From NCBI RefSeq assembly GCF_001194135.2, contig NC_069008.1, positions 4,342,147-4,392,985 on the forward strand: a stretch of 50,839 nucleotides of DNA, read 5' to 3'. The position numbers were made by a program, and so were the translations under genes. Positions 36,156 to 50,092 of the stretch are shown in pieces. The notes beneath the pieces were generated by a model. That model made no database searches and was not told the DNA's origin. It saw only the letters and a list, made by a program, of their open reading frames with translations. The DNA comes from Octopus bimaculoides (Eukaryota). Positions within the stretch are counted from its first letter, which is position 1; every line of letters starts with the position of its first letter.

Positions 36156-36671
36156 CCATTTCTCTTTTGCTTTCGTCCGTCTATGATTTCTTTCACTTTC
36201 GGTATATAGCTATATATCTACCCGTCTAGCTCTCTACCCGTCTAGCTCTCTACCCGTCTAGCTCTCTACCCCCTCTATCTCGTTATCCACCCACCCAACC
36301 TATTTAATATCTATCTACCTACCCATCCATCCATCTATCTCTCTACCTACCCGTCCATCCATCTATCTATCTACCTACCCGTCCATCCATCTATCTATCT
36401 ACCTACCCGTCCATCCATCTATCTATCTACCTACCCGTCCATCCATCCATCTATCTATCCATCCGTCCATCTACCTATCTACCCGTCCATCCATCTATCT
36501 ATCTACTCGTCCATCTATCTATCCATCTATCTTATCCATCTATCTTATCCATCTATCTACCCAGCTGAATAGTTATGTCTATTCAGCTATCCGTCTACCT
36601 ATTTATCCATGTACTTATCTACCTGTCTATCTGTCTCTGTCTATCTATATAATTTTCAACCTATCTACATG

Positions 36672-36793
<122 letters not shown>

Positions 36794-37065
36794 TGTCAGT
36801 TTACCTATGTATCTACCTGTCTGTCTGTCTATCTACCTGTCTGTCTGTCTGTCTATCTACCTGTCTCTATCCACCTACTCTTGTGTCTCCAGGAAATTCT
36901 ATCGGGACTTAAACCAAAATACCAGACTACAGACTCAGACTACACCAAACACAAGAACAAACCTTGGTAAGCTACACCATTCTTATCATCATTTCCCCCT
37001 TTTTTTCTCTTTTTCAGTCTTCCAGCAAATATGGAATATAATATACATATGTTTGCGTATGCATG

Positions 37066-37106
<41 letters not shown>

Positions 37107-37220
37107 ATGTTTGCGTCTATATCCATGTGTGTATGTATATATATATATGTGCAGAGATGTGTGTGTGTTTATGTAACATTTTGCTTGTGTGTGTGTATAT
37201 ATGTCTGTATATGTATATAT

Positions 37221-37525
37221 AAAGCTCGCAAGGAATGAAGCCAGTATGCTCCGTTGGATGTGTAATGTCAATGTGAATACCCGTCAGAGTGTAAGTATCT
37301 TGAGAGAAAAGCTGAACATTAGAAGCATCAGTTGTGGCGTGCAAGAGAGACGATTGCGCTGGTATGGACATGTGGTGAGAATGGAGGAGGATAGCTGCGT
37401 GAAAAAGTGCCACACCCTAACAGTTGAGGGAACCCGTGGAAGAGGTAGGCCCAGGAAGACCTGGGCTGAGGTGGTGAGGCAAGACCTTCGTACATTGGGC
37501 CTCACCGAGGCGATGACTACGGACC
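37221..37525 (+). mobile_element. RTE-clade LINE ORF C-terminal fragment
   Basis: EASMLRWMCNV...LREKL...RRLRWYGHVVRM...VEGTRGRGRPRKTW..VV..DL is the classic post-RT region of RTE-clade LINEs. It runs into a gap. Confidence 0.88.
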
Positions 37526-38796
37526 NNNNNNNNNNNNNNNNNNNNNNNNNNNNNNNNNNNNNNNNNNNNNNNNNNNNNNNNNNNNNNNNNNNNNNNNNNN
37601 NNNNNNNNNNNNNNNNNNNNNNNNNNNNNNNNNNNNNNNNNNNNNNNNNNNNNNNNNNNNNNNNNNNNNNNNNNNNNNNNNNNNNNNNNNNNNNNNNNNN
37701 NNNNNNNNNNNNNNNNNNNNNNNNNNNNNNNNNNNNNNNNNNNNNNNNNNNNNNNNNNNNNNNNNNNNNNNNNNNNNNNNNNNNNNNNNNNNNNNNNNNN
37801 NNNNNNNNNNNNNNNNNNNNNNNNNNNNNNNNNNNNNNNNNNNNNNNNNNNNNNNNNNNNNNNNNNNNNNNNNNNNNNNNNNNNNNNNNNNNNNNNNNNN
37901 NNNNNNNNNNNNNNNNNNNNNNNNNNNNNNNNNNNNNNNNNNNNNNNNNNNNNNNNNNNNNNNNNNNNNNNNNNNNNNNNNNNNNNNNNNNNNNNNNNNN
38001 NNNNNNNNNNNNNNNNNNNNNNNNNNNNNNNNNNNNNNNNNNNNNNNNNNNNNNNNNNNNNNNNNNNNNNNNNATGTATATGTACATGCATATCTGTATG
38101 TATGCAAGTGCATATCTATGTATGTCTGTGCATATCTGTATGTATGTGTATGCATGTATATCTGTATGTATGTATATGCATATCTGTATGTATGTATATG
38201 CATATCTATATGTATGTATATGCACATGCATATCTGTATGCATGTATATAATATGTATAATATCTGTATGTACATTTGTATGTGAGTGTATAGATTTCTT
38301 TGTCTGTGTTTGTCTGTAATCCTTTTTTTCTATTTGAATTCAACATTTAATTTTCAAACTTATATATAGGACAGAATTAACCCCCCCCCCAAAAAAAAAC
38401 CTACTTCCATCATTGGAAGCAAATCTGACCTGTTAGCATGTCCTATGTGTCTTACTAATAGTTTAATGTGCCTGTGGCATAACAAGCAAACATAGACGCT
38501 CTGTTGGTCTCCGAATCTGTGACCCGTTGGAATATTGAAGATGTGATTGTTGAAGTGGGGAGAAAGGAGGAGGAGAGGGAAATGCAGCAGTAACTTGTTG
38601 GTACTCATTTACCACTTATTGGGCCAGTGTGAAATGAAGTGCCTTGTTCAAGGACAAAATGTATGCTTCAATTGAACCTATGTTGTGATAACACTGTGTA
38701 ACATGATTTTTGTCCTTGGCTAGCGACCATTATTTCTTATTTGCTTGCTCTTAGAAAGTATTAAAAATGGCTAATATTTCCTTTGAACTTTGCTTT

Positions 38797-39165
38797 CATC
38801 ATCATCATCGTTTAACGTCCGCTTTCCATGCTAGCATGGGTTGGACGATTTGACTGAGGACTGGTGAACCAGATGGTTACACCAGCCTCCAATCTGATTT
38901 GGCAGAGTTTCTACAGCTGGACGCCCTTCCTAACGCCAACCACTCCGAGAGGGTAGTGGGTGCTTTTACGTGCCACCGGCACAGGAGCCAGTCCAGCGGC
39001 ACTGGCAACGATCTTGCTCGAATGTCTTACACATGCCAGGAAGGCGATGCTGGGCACAGGTGCCATCACGATTTCGCTTTCGCTTGCCCCAACAGGTCTT
39101 CGCAAGCCAAGTTTCATGTCCTATGAAGGAGATGACGTCGGCATGGGTGCCAGTCATCGAATTTA
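38797..39165 (-). mobile_element. RTE-type LINE 3' end
   Basis: Same family as above, with a (CAT)n tail on the + strand. Confidence 0.75.
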
Positions 39166-40204
39166 GTTCGATTTCGATTTCATTATGATATTTATTCAAA
39201 TCCCAAAGAATCCCTCTCAACTCATGGCTATGATGCTCCTCCCACTACTCTTGGTCATCATTAGAGATGCACATATTGTCAGCCACTAAGGGACATGTTC
39301 AAGTAATTAAGGTCAAGCAACTGACAAAAAAATCTGTGGAATTGAACAGAATATTTGCTATAATGATATTTCTGCTTGAGCAACCCAGTGCTGAATCTAT
39401 CTGAAATGTAATGGAAAATAGGTCAGTTTCAAAACATTGATGTCCAGATGACAAAAGCAAAGTTTGAAGGGAAAAAGAAGTGATTTCCTTTAATTTCTAG
39501 ATAGAAGCAAATAGGATATAACAGTTAATGACAAAAGGCAAAAAGAAATGGCAGTTTTTTTACACAGAATGAACATACTTTGGCCACATTGCTATCTGCT
39601 TTCACAGGACATGTATGATCATCATTGTTTTAACATATTTTTTTCCATGCTTTCATGGGTCAGATGATGTTGATTGGGGTGTATTTTCTATGGCCAGATG
39701 CCCTCTCTGTTGGCAACTCTTGTTTCCAAGCAAGGTAATATTTTCCATTGGTCAGGCACATTTTTGCAGAATACTGGAAATAACCACACCAGCATGGAAG
39801 GCGGACGTTAAACAATGATAATGATGACATCCAAGTTTCTTGCTTTTTTGTACTCAGTCTCGCTACTCCTTACTCCCTGCTGGAAAAGATATGTAGTCTT
39901 ATGCAAGCATGGGGAAATGCATGTTAAATTTTAGTGATGGCAGTCATGATATATAACGTATTCATCCAGGCCTCGTTTTTTTTTTGTACTTAACAAGTCT
40001 CCAGTTGCTACCCCTATTTCCTCTTTCAACGCATGATATTGGAAAAGATACGTAGACCTATGCAAGCATAGTGAAATGTATGTATATTAAATTTTAGTAG
40101 CGATGGAGGTCATGATATATAATGCATACATCCGGGCCGCTTGCTGTTTTCGTATGTCGTCTCCATCTGCTAGCTCCATTGCATTTTGGTATCTGCTCAT
40201 CGAT

Positions 40205-40790
40205 CTGCAATAGGCATCTTTTATCTTTTACTTGTTTCAGTCATTAGACTACGACCATTCTGGGGCACTATTTTAAAGAAGTTTTTAGTCAAATGGATTG
40301 ACCCCAGTTCTTATTTAAAAAGTTTTTTTTTTAAAGCATGGTGCTTATTCCCTCAGTCTCTTTTTGCTGAACCGTTACGTTACAAGGATGTAAACACACC
40401 AACACCAGTTGTCAAGTAGTGGTATGTGACAAACACAGATACAAAGACTAACACATACATATGTGATAGGCTTCTTTCAGTTTCCGTCTACCAAATCCGC
40501 TAACAAAGCTTTGGTTGGCCTGAAGCTATACTAGGAGGCACTTGCCCAAGGTGCCATGCAGTGGGACTGAACCTGGAACCATGTGGTTGGGAAGCAAGCT
40601 TCTAACTGCACAGCCACGCTTGTGCATTTTGAGAAGCAGGCCACATGAGACATGGATCATCATCAGGTGGGTCCCCCTGCTAGGGACTGAACCCAGAACC
40701 ATGTGGTTGGGAAGCAAGCTTCTTACCACACAGCTACACCTGCGCATTGGCAACCTTTTTTTGAGAAGTGGGCCTCATGAGACATGGAGC
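40205..40790 (-). mobile_element. Same SINE family, full copy plus a tandemly duplicated head
   Basis: Tail at 40205-40420, heads at about 40540-40620 and 40665-40745. The flank ttttgagaag..catgagacatgga is repeated. Confidence 0.75.
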
Positions 40791-40796
40791 ACATAA

Positions 40797-41134
40797 AATA
40801 CACCATTTCAGCATGGCCGTTGCGAGTACCGTCTGACTGGCCCTCGTGCCAGTGGCACATAAAAGCACCCACCACACTCTCGGAGTGGTTGGTGTTAGGA
40901 AGGGCATCCAGTTGTAGAAACTGCCAGATCAGATTGTAGCCTGATGCAGCCATCTGGCTCACCAGTCCTCAGTCAAACACACCAACCCATGATTTGACTG
41001 AGGACTGGCGAACCAGATGGCTACACCAGACTCCAATCTGATTTGGCAGAGTTTCTACAGCTGGATGCACTTCCTAACGCCAACCACTCCAAGAGTGTAG
41101 TGGGTGCTTTTACACTCTTGGAGTGGTTGGCGTT
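40797..41134. mobile_element. Rearranged RTE 3'-end cluster (+ copy, - copy, short fold-back)
   Basis: + copy 40797-40991, - copy 40992-41110, and 41111-41134 as an exact reverse complement of 41076-41099. Confidence 0.75.
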
Positions 41135-41278
41135 CCCCATATCTGTACTAAATCCTTCAAGGTGGCCCCCATGTAACATAGTCCAATGACTGACTCTAGT
41201 AGAAGCATAAAAGCGATACAGGCTGAGGGGAGCGACTTAAGTACTGTCTTAATTCCTAGGGCCCCTAGGATCAGTCAT

Positions 41279-41737
41279 CCAACTTCCATGGTGTATAAAT
41301 GACTTAGATCACATTCTTTCTAGACAGGATGTCTGTCCATTGCATGGTTACCTCCTTTTACAAGTGAATGGACTGGAGCAATGTGAAATGAAGTGTTTTA
41401 CTCAAGATCACAATCCGCTTCCTGGTCTGGGAAATGAAACGGCAACCTTGTGATTGTGAGAGCAGCACCTTAACCCACTGGGCCATACATCTTGATACTC
41501 GTGCGTGTGGAATATTCAACCATCTACATTATAATTCAGTGAGGAAATAATTACATTGAACAACTGAGATACTGGTTTCCCAGCTTTCATGGTGTATTAA
41601 TGGCTGAGATCACATCATTCTCTTAAACGAGATACCCGGAGCAGTGTGAACAATTCACTGCCTGGCCTGGGAAATGAAACAACAACCTTGTGATTGCAAG
41701 TGCAATATCTTAACTGACCAGGCCATGCATCTTCATA
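41279..41737 (-). mobile_element. Two old, diverged SINE copies in tandem
   Basis: 41279-41497 and 41579-41737 share catggtgtat..agatcaca ... ctgggaaatgaaac..caaccttgtgattg ... ggccat.catctt.atac. Confidence 0.6.
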
Positions 41738-42387
41738 CCTGTACTTCACCAGGGGTCATTTGAGGTGGCTTGGACCAATGAGTCAGGTTTGGAGTTTCAG
41801 TGAAAATACAAGTTTATACGTGGTCCCCGGTCATATGCATACATGCTTTGGGGTAGTGTGATCTGTAGCGGCTCAACTTGTCTTCTGTTATTGACCATTG
41901 CAGAATATCGGCTGACCAAGTCACTGCTGATTTTTCAGAGCAGATGTAGCCTGCGTTTGAAGCGGGGTTCTAAAAACATGCTTTAACAAAAGCTAAGTGA
42001 TGCCTCACACCTGGTAGCCTTCCAGCTTTCCTGACACCAACCTGGAATTTGTGAAGGGGTCCGTCTTCTTCCTACATATTCGTTGGACCTGCACTAGGTT
42101 CATCCATCATGCTGGGGAAGGAGATGAATGGAAGACTAGGGTAGGAGTGTCGTTAAGACAAGACTCCCATCCCTCTCCTCCCCAGGTGCTGCCAAATAGG
42201 TGTGGATGTTAATAACGACTTTAACGATTTAATTTGACACACAGACACACATATACACATAGATATACACACATCTGCGGAGTTATCTGACGTATTACAT
42301 GCTGGTACATACACTGTGTGTCTCCATAATACCCATTAGCCTAAATAAGCTATGTTGATCTAATTTGTAGATCTTATTTTCTCGTAG

Positions 42388-42434
<47 letters not shown>

Positions 42435-42537
42435 ATACTTATATATATGTGTGTATACTTATATATATGTGTGTATACTTATCTATATATGTGTATATAC
42501 TTATATATATATGTGTATATACTTATATATATATATT

Positions 42538-42571
<34 letters not shown>

Positions 42572-42593
42572 AATTCATGCATGTACAAAAGCA

Positions 42594-42643
<50 letters not shown>

Positions 42644-42665
42644 AATTCATGCATGTACAAAAGCA

Positions 42666-42696
<31 letters not shown>

Positions 42697-42984
42697 CTAT
42701 TCACACATATATATGTATATAATGTCTCTGCTTATACATACATACACGCACACCATGCCAACATGGAAAATGGACGTTTGATGATGATATAGTTTTTATA
42801 TATATATATGTGTGTGTGTGTGCGCGCGCACACGCTAATATGCTTACATGTATGTATAATATACGTACTTATAACTCTGTGTGTATAATATATACGTACT
42901 CGTATAACTGTGTATGTGCGTACATATGTATGTATATGTACTTATGACTATATATACATAATATATCTTTATATATCTATATAT

Positions 42985-43018
<34 letters not shown>

Positions 43019-43327
43019 TACATACATATACACACTTAGAAAGGAGTGGGGGGTGGGGGTTGTAATTTCTTTTAAAAGTTTCAATCAATTTACCTCCCTC
43101 CTCTCTCTCCTCCCCTTCCTCCCCCCCTCCTGCTTTGCTGCAGACGACCTGAGCCTAAACTTACCTCTGTGTTTTCTCTCTCTCTCATCTTGAAATATTC
43201 CTCCGATGGCCCACATCTTTGTGACTTCTAGGTTAATCCCCCCCGTTTACTACACAGCCTTCGAGATTGTATTTATTTCTGTCTCTTTATTCACTGTATC
43301 TTTGTGTCTATGGAGGTTTGTATGTAT

Positions 43328-43500
43328 GCAGGAGTGGCTGTGTGGTAAGTAGCTTGCTTACCGACCACATGGTTCTGGGTTCAGTCCCACTGCGTGGCAC
43401 CTTGGGCAAGTGTCTTCTACTATAGCCTCGGGCCGACCAAAGCCTTGTGAGTGGATTTGGTAGACGGAAACTGAAAGAAGCCCATCGTATATATGTATAA

Positions 43501-43538
<38 letters not shown>

Positions 43539-43759
43539 GTGTGTTTGTGTGTCTGTGTTTGTCCCCCTCCCGTAACATCGCTTGACAACCGATGCTGGTG
43601 TTTTTTTCATCCCTGTAACTTAGCGGTTTGGCAAAAGAGACTGATAGAATAAGTACTAGGCTTCCAAAGAATAAGTCCTGAGGTCGATTTGCTCGACTAA
43701 AGGTGGTGCTCCAGCATGGCCACAGTCAAAAGACTGAAACAAGTAAAAGAGTAAAAGAG
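43328..43759 (+). mobile_element. tRNA-derived SINE with CORE-like CTTGGGCAAGT motif and internal (TA)/(TG) tract, full length
   Basis: A box TGGCTGTGTGGT, B box GGTTCAGTCCC and a (GTAAAAGA)n tail. Partial copies at 4229-4380, 10138-10210, 13240-13372, 16400-16615, 21624-21893 and 23660-23760. Confidence 0.85.
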
Positions 43760-43762
43760 AAC

Positions 43763-43804
<42 letters not shown>

Positions 43805-44474
43805 GGGTAGTTTTAAGTGATAAATAACTACCTGTATTTATTGTTGAAAGGACTCAATACGTGTGCAGGAGTAGTAAAATTCATTACGTTTCAATAAGGT
43901 TGGAGTGGAGGGCTTGATGCATATACATGGACCTTTAATCTCTTATTTCAGTTGTTCAATTGTGGCCATGCTGGGGCATTACTTTGAAGGGTTTAGCCAA
44001 ATATATCAACCCCAGTACTTGTTTTCTAAGTCTGGTCCTTATTGTATTGATCTCTTTTGCTGAACTACTAAGTTGCTGCTATGTTGTATATGTATAGATT
44101 CATAGATATGTAAATACATATACATGCAAATGTGCACACACACACACACACCGATACATCACACATAGAGGTTGTGCTACAGCATGGCCTCACCCTTCAG
44201 GCTGGAGCTAGTAAAAAGTATATAAGTGGGTTATATCTAGTGTGTGTTTTGCTTTGGTAAATTTTCAAATTTATATCTATAAATCTCAGTTGTGTTTGGA
44301 TTTGAGTCTGTGATTTTGAAGAACGAAAATTATTTCAAATATGAATTTGTAATTTAAAAAAAAAATTTTTTCTATCAATTATATGAAATGAATGTAGAAC
44401 CAGACAAATGCACCTTGTCATCCATCTCCGTTTATTTATCTGCCTTTCTGTGTGCCTGACAGTTTGCCTGTCTG

Positions 44475-44816
44475 TCTGTATCTATCTCAATATATCTATC
44501 TATCTATCTATCTATCTCAATATATCTATCTATCTATCTCAATATATCTATCTATCTATCTATCTCAATATATCTATCTATCTATCTATCTCAATATATC
44601 TATCTATCTATCTATCTCAATATATCTATCTCAATATATCTATCTATCTATCTATCTATCTACCTATCTATTTCAATATATCTATCTATCTATTTCAATA
44701 TATCTATCTATCTATTTCAATATATCTATCTATCTATTTCAATATATCTATCTATCTATTTCAATATATCTATCTATCTATCTANNNNNNNNNNTATCTA
44801 TCTATCTATTTCAATA

Positions 44817-44859
<43 letters not shown>

Positions 44860-44945
44860 TTCAATATATCTATCTATCTATTTCAATATATCTATCTATC
44901 TATTTCAATATATCTACCTATCTATCTCAATATATCTATCTCGCT
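44475..44945. repeat. (TCTA)n-TCAATATA minisatellite
   Basis: Variable (TATC)n blocks punctuated by tcaatata. Confidence 0.9.
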
Positions 44946-45364
44946 ATCTCTCTCTATATATCTGTCTATCTCTCTCAATGTATCTCTCTATGTCTCTCTC
45001 TCTCTCTTTCAATGTATCTCTCAATCTATCTTGCTCATTGTACCTGCCTCTCATTATATCTCTCTCTCTCAATCTCTCTCCGCCTGATGTCTGTCTGTCC
45101 CATTCTGTTCATGTCTGTCTATCTTTCTACCTACCTACCTACCCTTATCCATCAATAAATTGGTCCGTTTTCTTCAGTATCCCGTCTTCAACCTTACTGA
45201 GATCGTCTGCTTCATGCCTGATCGCTGGCATTTTTTTTCTCTTCGTTTGTTCGGGTATTTCTTCTTTCGTTCTTTCTTTCTTTTTTTTTTGTCCTACTCT
45301 CTGATAACCGATGGTGTTGTTGGTGCTGATAAGGGTGGTGGACGATGGTGTTTCTTTCTTTTTT

Positions 45365-46040
45365 TGTCTGTCTGTCTATCTATTAGTCTATCTATCTGTC
45401 TGTCTCTCTATCTGTCTGTCTCTCTATCTGTCTGTCTCTCTATCTGTCTGTCTCTCTATCTGTCTGTCTCTCTATCTGTCTGTCTCTCTATCTGTCTGTC
45501 TCTCTATCTGTCTGTCTATCTATCTGTCTGTCTATCTATCTGTCTGTCNNNNNNNNNNNNNNNNNNNNNNNNNNNNNNNNNNNNNNNNNNNNNNNNNNNN
45601 NNNNNNNNNNNNNNNNNNNNNNNNNNNNNNNNNNNNNNNNNNNNNNNNNNNNNNNNNNNNNNNNNNNNNNNNNNNNNNNNNNNNNNNNNNNNNNNNNNNN
45701 NNNNNNNNNNNNNNNNNNNNNNNNNNNNNNNNNNNNNNNNNNNNNNNNNNNNNNNNNNNNNNNNNNNNNNNNNNNNNNNNNNTGTCTATCTGTCTGTCTA
45801 ACTATCTGTCTGTCTATCTGTCTGTCTAACTATCTGTCTGTCTATCTGTCTGTCTAACTATCTGTCTGTCTATCTGTCTGTCTAACTATCTGTCTGTCTA
45901 TCTGTCTGTCTGTCTATCTGTCTGTCTAACTATCTGTCTGTCTAACTATCTGTCTGTCTAACTATCTGTCTGTCTAACTATCTGTCTGTCTATCTGTCTG
46001 TCTAACTATCTGTCTGTCTATCTATCCATCTATCTATCCA
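45365..46040. repeat. (TCTG)/(TCTA) compound minisatellite with a tctgtctgtctaacta unit
   Basis: Direct reading; spans an N gap. Confidence 0.9.
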
Positions 46041-47253
46041 TCTGTCTCTTTCCGTTTGTATGTATCTCTGCTTCTGTACACCCCCCATCACCACCACCTA
46101 GCCCTCCTCCTTTCCCTCTCGCTCGTTCCACCCTCCTAACAAGGCAGCCAGCCAGCCAACCAGTCAACCAGCCAACTTTGGTTTCGAACTCTCCTTGTCT
46201 GTTGGTGTTGTCTCTGTGACATAACATAACATAACATAACATAGAAGCAGAACATAACGGCAGTTGGTGACTCCTCTTATTTCATTGTCGGTGTTTCTTC
46301 CTTTCCCTTCCACCACCACCACCACCACCACTCGTCCCTCCCTCCATACGCGCTTCCGAACGTGCACACGTCTGGCGCGCGCGCTCGCGCAGACACGCGC
46401 GCAGACGTCGTGGCGCGCACGTTAGAAACATACCTCGTAACATGCAACAACTCTGCTTTTGTTTTGTTTTTCTTGCTTTTTTTTTTTCGCCACCCAGCTC
46501 ACCCGTTTGCGTAATCGCACGCGCGCGCGCATTACAGGTCAGGCAGAATTACACACACACATACGCACACACACACACACGCGCAGGTCAAACACACACA
46601 CACACATTCACACTCACTCCTATATATTTTGTATACTTATATATTTTTCACCTATGTACACACTCACTCCTGCATATATATATATATATATAAAATAAAT
46701 GAGTATATGCATATATACATACATGTATGTACATACCTACATCTACATGTATATACANNNNNNNNNNNNNNNNNNNNNNNNNNNNNNNNNNNNNNNNNNN
46801 NNNNNNNNNNNNNNNNNNNNNNNNNNNNNNNNNNNNNNNNNNNNNNNNNNNNNNNNNNNNNNNNNNNNNNNNNNNNNNNNNNNNNNNNNNNNNNNNNNNN
46901 NNNNNNNNNNNNNNNNNNNNNNNNNNNNNNNNNNNNNNNNNNNNNNNNNNNNNNNNNNNATATATACACACACATGCGTACGTACACATATATTTTGTGC
47001 ATACATAACCACGTATGTAACATTACGCACTACGTACACACCCACACGCGAGGTTTTCCGTTTTCAGATTCACGTGTGCGTACACTGTGAACTAATTGAG
47101 ATTATTATTATTATTATTATTATTTTCATTGAAATTCGGCACAAGGTCTTAGCGCTACGTATGTGAGTGTGAGAGTGAGTGAGAGTGAGGATGGTTTAAA
47201 TCGAGGTGTTGTGATGGTAATGGCTTTCTCGATTAATCTAAAGAGCTTTCTTT

Positions 47254-47284
<31 letters not shown>

Positions 47285-47539
47285 GTCCACTGGTTTGAAA
47301 AATAAATGGGGTTTAGGGGGCGGAGTGTGATGCATATATATAGATGAGGGGGTGATTAGTTTGTAGCAGTGTAGTAGTATTTTGTAGACAAAATGTTCGC
47401 AATTCATCACGCACCCCACCCACCCCCGTCGTCATCGTTTTCATCATCACCACCATCATCATCACCATCATCATCATCATTATCGTCACAACTAATAGCA
47501 GTTTCTAAGGTTTAAAATTCGATCACCTTGACGGGTTGG

Positions 47540-47576
<37 letters not shown>

Positions 47577-47651
47577 CGTGCGTGCGTGTGTATAATGTTT
47601 CGACGCGTAGTTGCGTGTACGTGAGGGGTATCGCTGTGTGGTGACTGTTTG

Positions 47652-47685
<34 letters not shown>

Positions 47686-47828
47686 AGTTCGTGATTGTGG
47701 ATGCTTGTGTGCGTCTGTGTTTGTGCGATTATGTGTGCGTATGCGCGAGTGTTTGTGATTGCGTGTATGATTTTTGTGTGTGGTGTGTGCGCGTGTGCGT
47801 TTGTGATTGTTTGTATGCACATCACTAA

Positions 47829-47874
<46 letters not shown>

Positions 47875-48166
47875 GCTATTACGTGGTTGTTTGTGTGTTT
47901 TCGTTGTGGTGCAACGGTGACGGCCGTTGTTAGATGGATATTTGGGTCACACCGTCTGTCTGTCTGGAAGGAGATACCAAACAACAAGCTCTGCATCACA
48001 AAATCAATACGAAAAACTAGCCGCCCTCTCTACTCATTCACCTGATGATGGCGATGATGATGATGATGATGATGATGGTGGTAGCCGTTGTGCTGCTGCT
48101 GCTGCTGATGGTGTGATCTCGTATTTGTACCTCCCATGCGTGTGTTTGTGTGTCACTACTGTGTGG

Positions 48167-48198
<32 letters not shown>

Positions 48199-48700
48199 CT
48201 CTCTGTACGTGTATGAATGTACGCGTGTGTTTGTCACATTCACTTCCGTGGAAAAATCGACCGCCCCGCCCCCTCCCACCACTCCCCTCCATCTGACCTC
48301 TTCGAATCCTTCTGCTTTCTGTTCTTTTCACCTACCACNNNNNNNNNNNNNNNNNNNNNNNNNNNNNNNNNNNNNNNNNNNNNNNNNNNNNNNNNNNNNN
48401 NNNNNNNNNNNNNNNNNNNNNNNNNNNNNNNNNNNNNNNNNNNNNNNNNNNNNNNNNNNNNNNNNNNNNNNNNNNNNNNNNNNNNNNNNNNNNNNNNNNN
48501 NNNNNNNNNNNNNNNNNNNNNNNNNNNNNNNNNNNNNNNNNNNNNNNNNNNNNNNNNNNNNNNNNNNNNNNNNNNNNNNNNNNNNNNNNNNNNNNNNNNN
48601 NNNNNNNNNNNNNNNNNNNNNNNNNNNNNNNNNNNNNNNNNNNNNNNNNNNNNNNNNNNNNNNNTACCCGTCTGTCTTTACCCGTAGTTGCGCACACGTA

Positions 48701-48735
<35 letters not shown>

Positions 48736-48742
48736 CTGCCCG

Positions 48743-48782
<40 letters not shown>

Positions 48783-49062
48783 CACCCAACTTTTACTCTT
48801 TTACTCGCTTGGTTCGTCATTTCTGTCACACTCACGATACCTTTCCCTCTTTCTTTCTTTCTTTCTTTTCTCTCTCCACCTCCGTCTCTCTTCCGACGAT
48901 ACCATCCACCGTTTGCTTGTTCACCCCCCACCCCCCGTCACTTCTGACGCACCCGTATCCCACCCTCGCACTATCAACAGCACAGGGGAGATATTCTGCA
49001 GGTACATATGCATACGTGTGCACATACCTGCCTGTATGTAGGCATACGGCTCCTGTGCACCG

Positions 49063-49110
<48 letters not shown>

Positions 49111-49137
49111 CGCGCTTACGCGTATATACATACATGC

Positions 49138-49168
<31 letters not shown>

Positions 49169-50040
49169 TGCATCGCTTTCCTATCGCTGCACTCGTGTGC
49201 TCAACACACGCACATTCATATCGTAGTAGATATAATGAATATTACATATTCTCATATATATATATATATANNNNNNNNNNNNNNNNNNNNNNNNNNNNNN
49301 NNNNNNNNNNNNNNNNNNNNNNNNNNNNNNNNNNNNNNNNNNNNNNNNNNNNNNNNNNNNNNNNNNNNNNNNNNNNNNNNNNNNNNNNNNNNNNNNNNNN
49401 NNNNNNNNNNNNNNNNNNNNNNNNNNNNNNNNNNNNNNNNNNNNNNNNNNNNNNNNNNNNNNNNNNNNNNNNNNNNNNNNNNNNNNNNNNNNNNNNNNNN
49501 NNNNNNNNNNNNNNNNNNNNNNNNNNNNNNNNNNNNNNNNNNNNNNNNNNNNNNNNNNNNNNNNNNNNNNNNNNNNNNNNNNNNNNNNNNNNNNNNNNNN
49601 NNNNNNNNNNNNNNNNNNNNNNNNNNNNNNNNNNNNNNNNNNNNNNNNNNNNNNNNNNNNNNNNNNNNNNNNNNNNNNNNNNNNNNNNNNNNNNNNNNNN
49701 NNNNNNNNNNNNNNNNNNNNNNNNNNNNNNNNNNNNNNNNNNNNNNNNNNNNNNNNNNNNNNNNNNNNNNNNNNNNNNNNNNNNNNNNNNNNNNNNNNNN
49801 NNNNNNNNNNNNNNNNNNNNNNNNNNNNNNNNNNNNNNNNNNNNNNNNNNNNNNNNNNNNNNNNNNNNNNNNNNNNNNNNNNNNNNNNNNNNNNNNNNNN
49901 NNNNNNNNNNNNNNNNNNNNNNNNNNNNNNNNNNNNNNNNNNNNNNNNNNNNNNNNNNNNNNNNNNNNNNNNNNNNNNNNNNNNNNNNNNNNNNNNNNNN
50001 NNNNNNNNNNNNNNNNNNNNNNNNNNNNNNNNNNNNNNNN

Positions 50041-50092
<52 letters not shown>

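Noticed and set aside
45143-45231. Minus-strand short ORF MPAIRHEADDLSKVEDGILKKTDQFIDG
   Set aside because: It is only 28 codons, has no recognisable homology, and the nearby donor lies in a (TAGG)n repeat.
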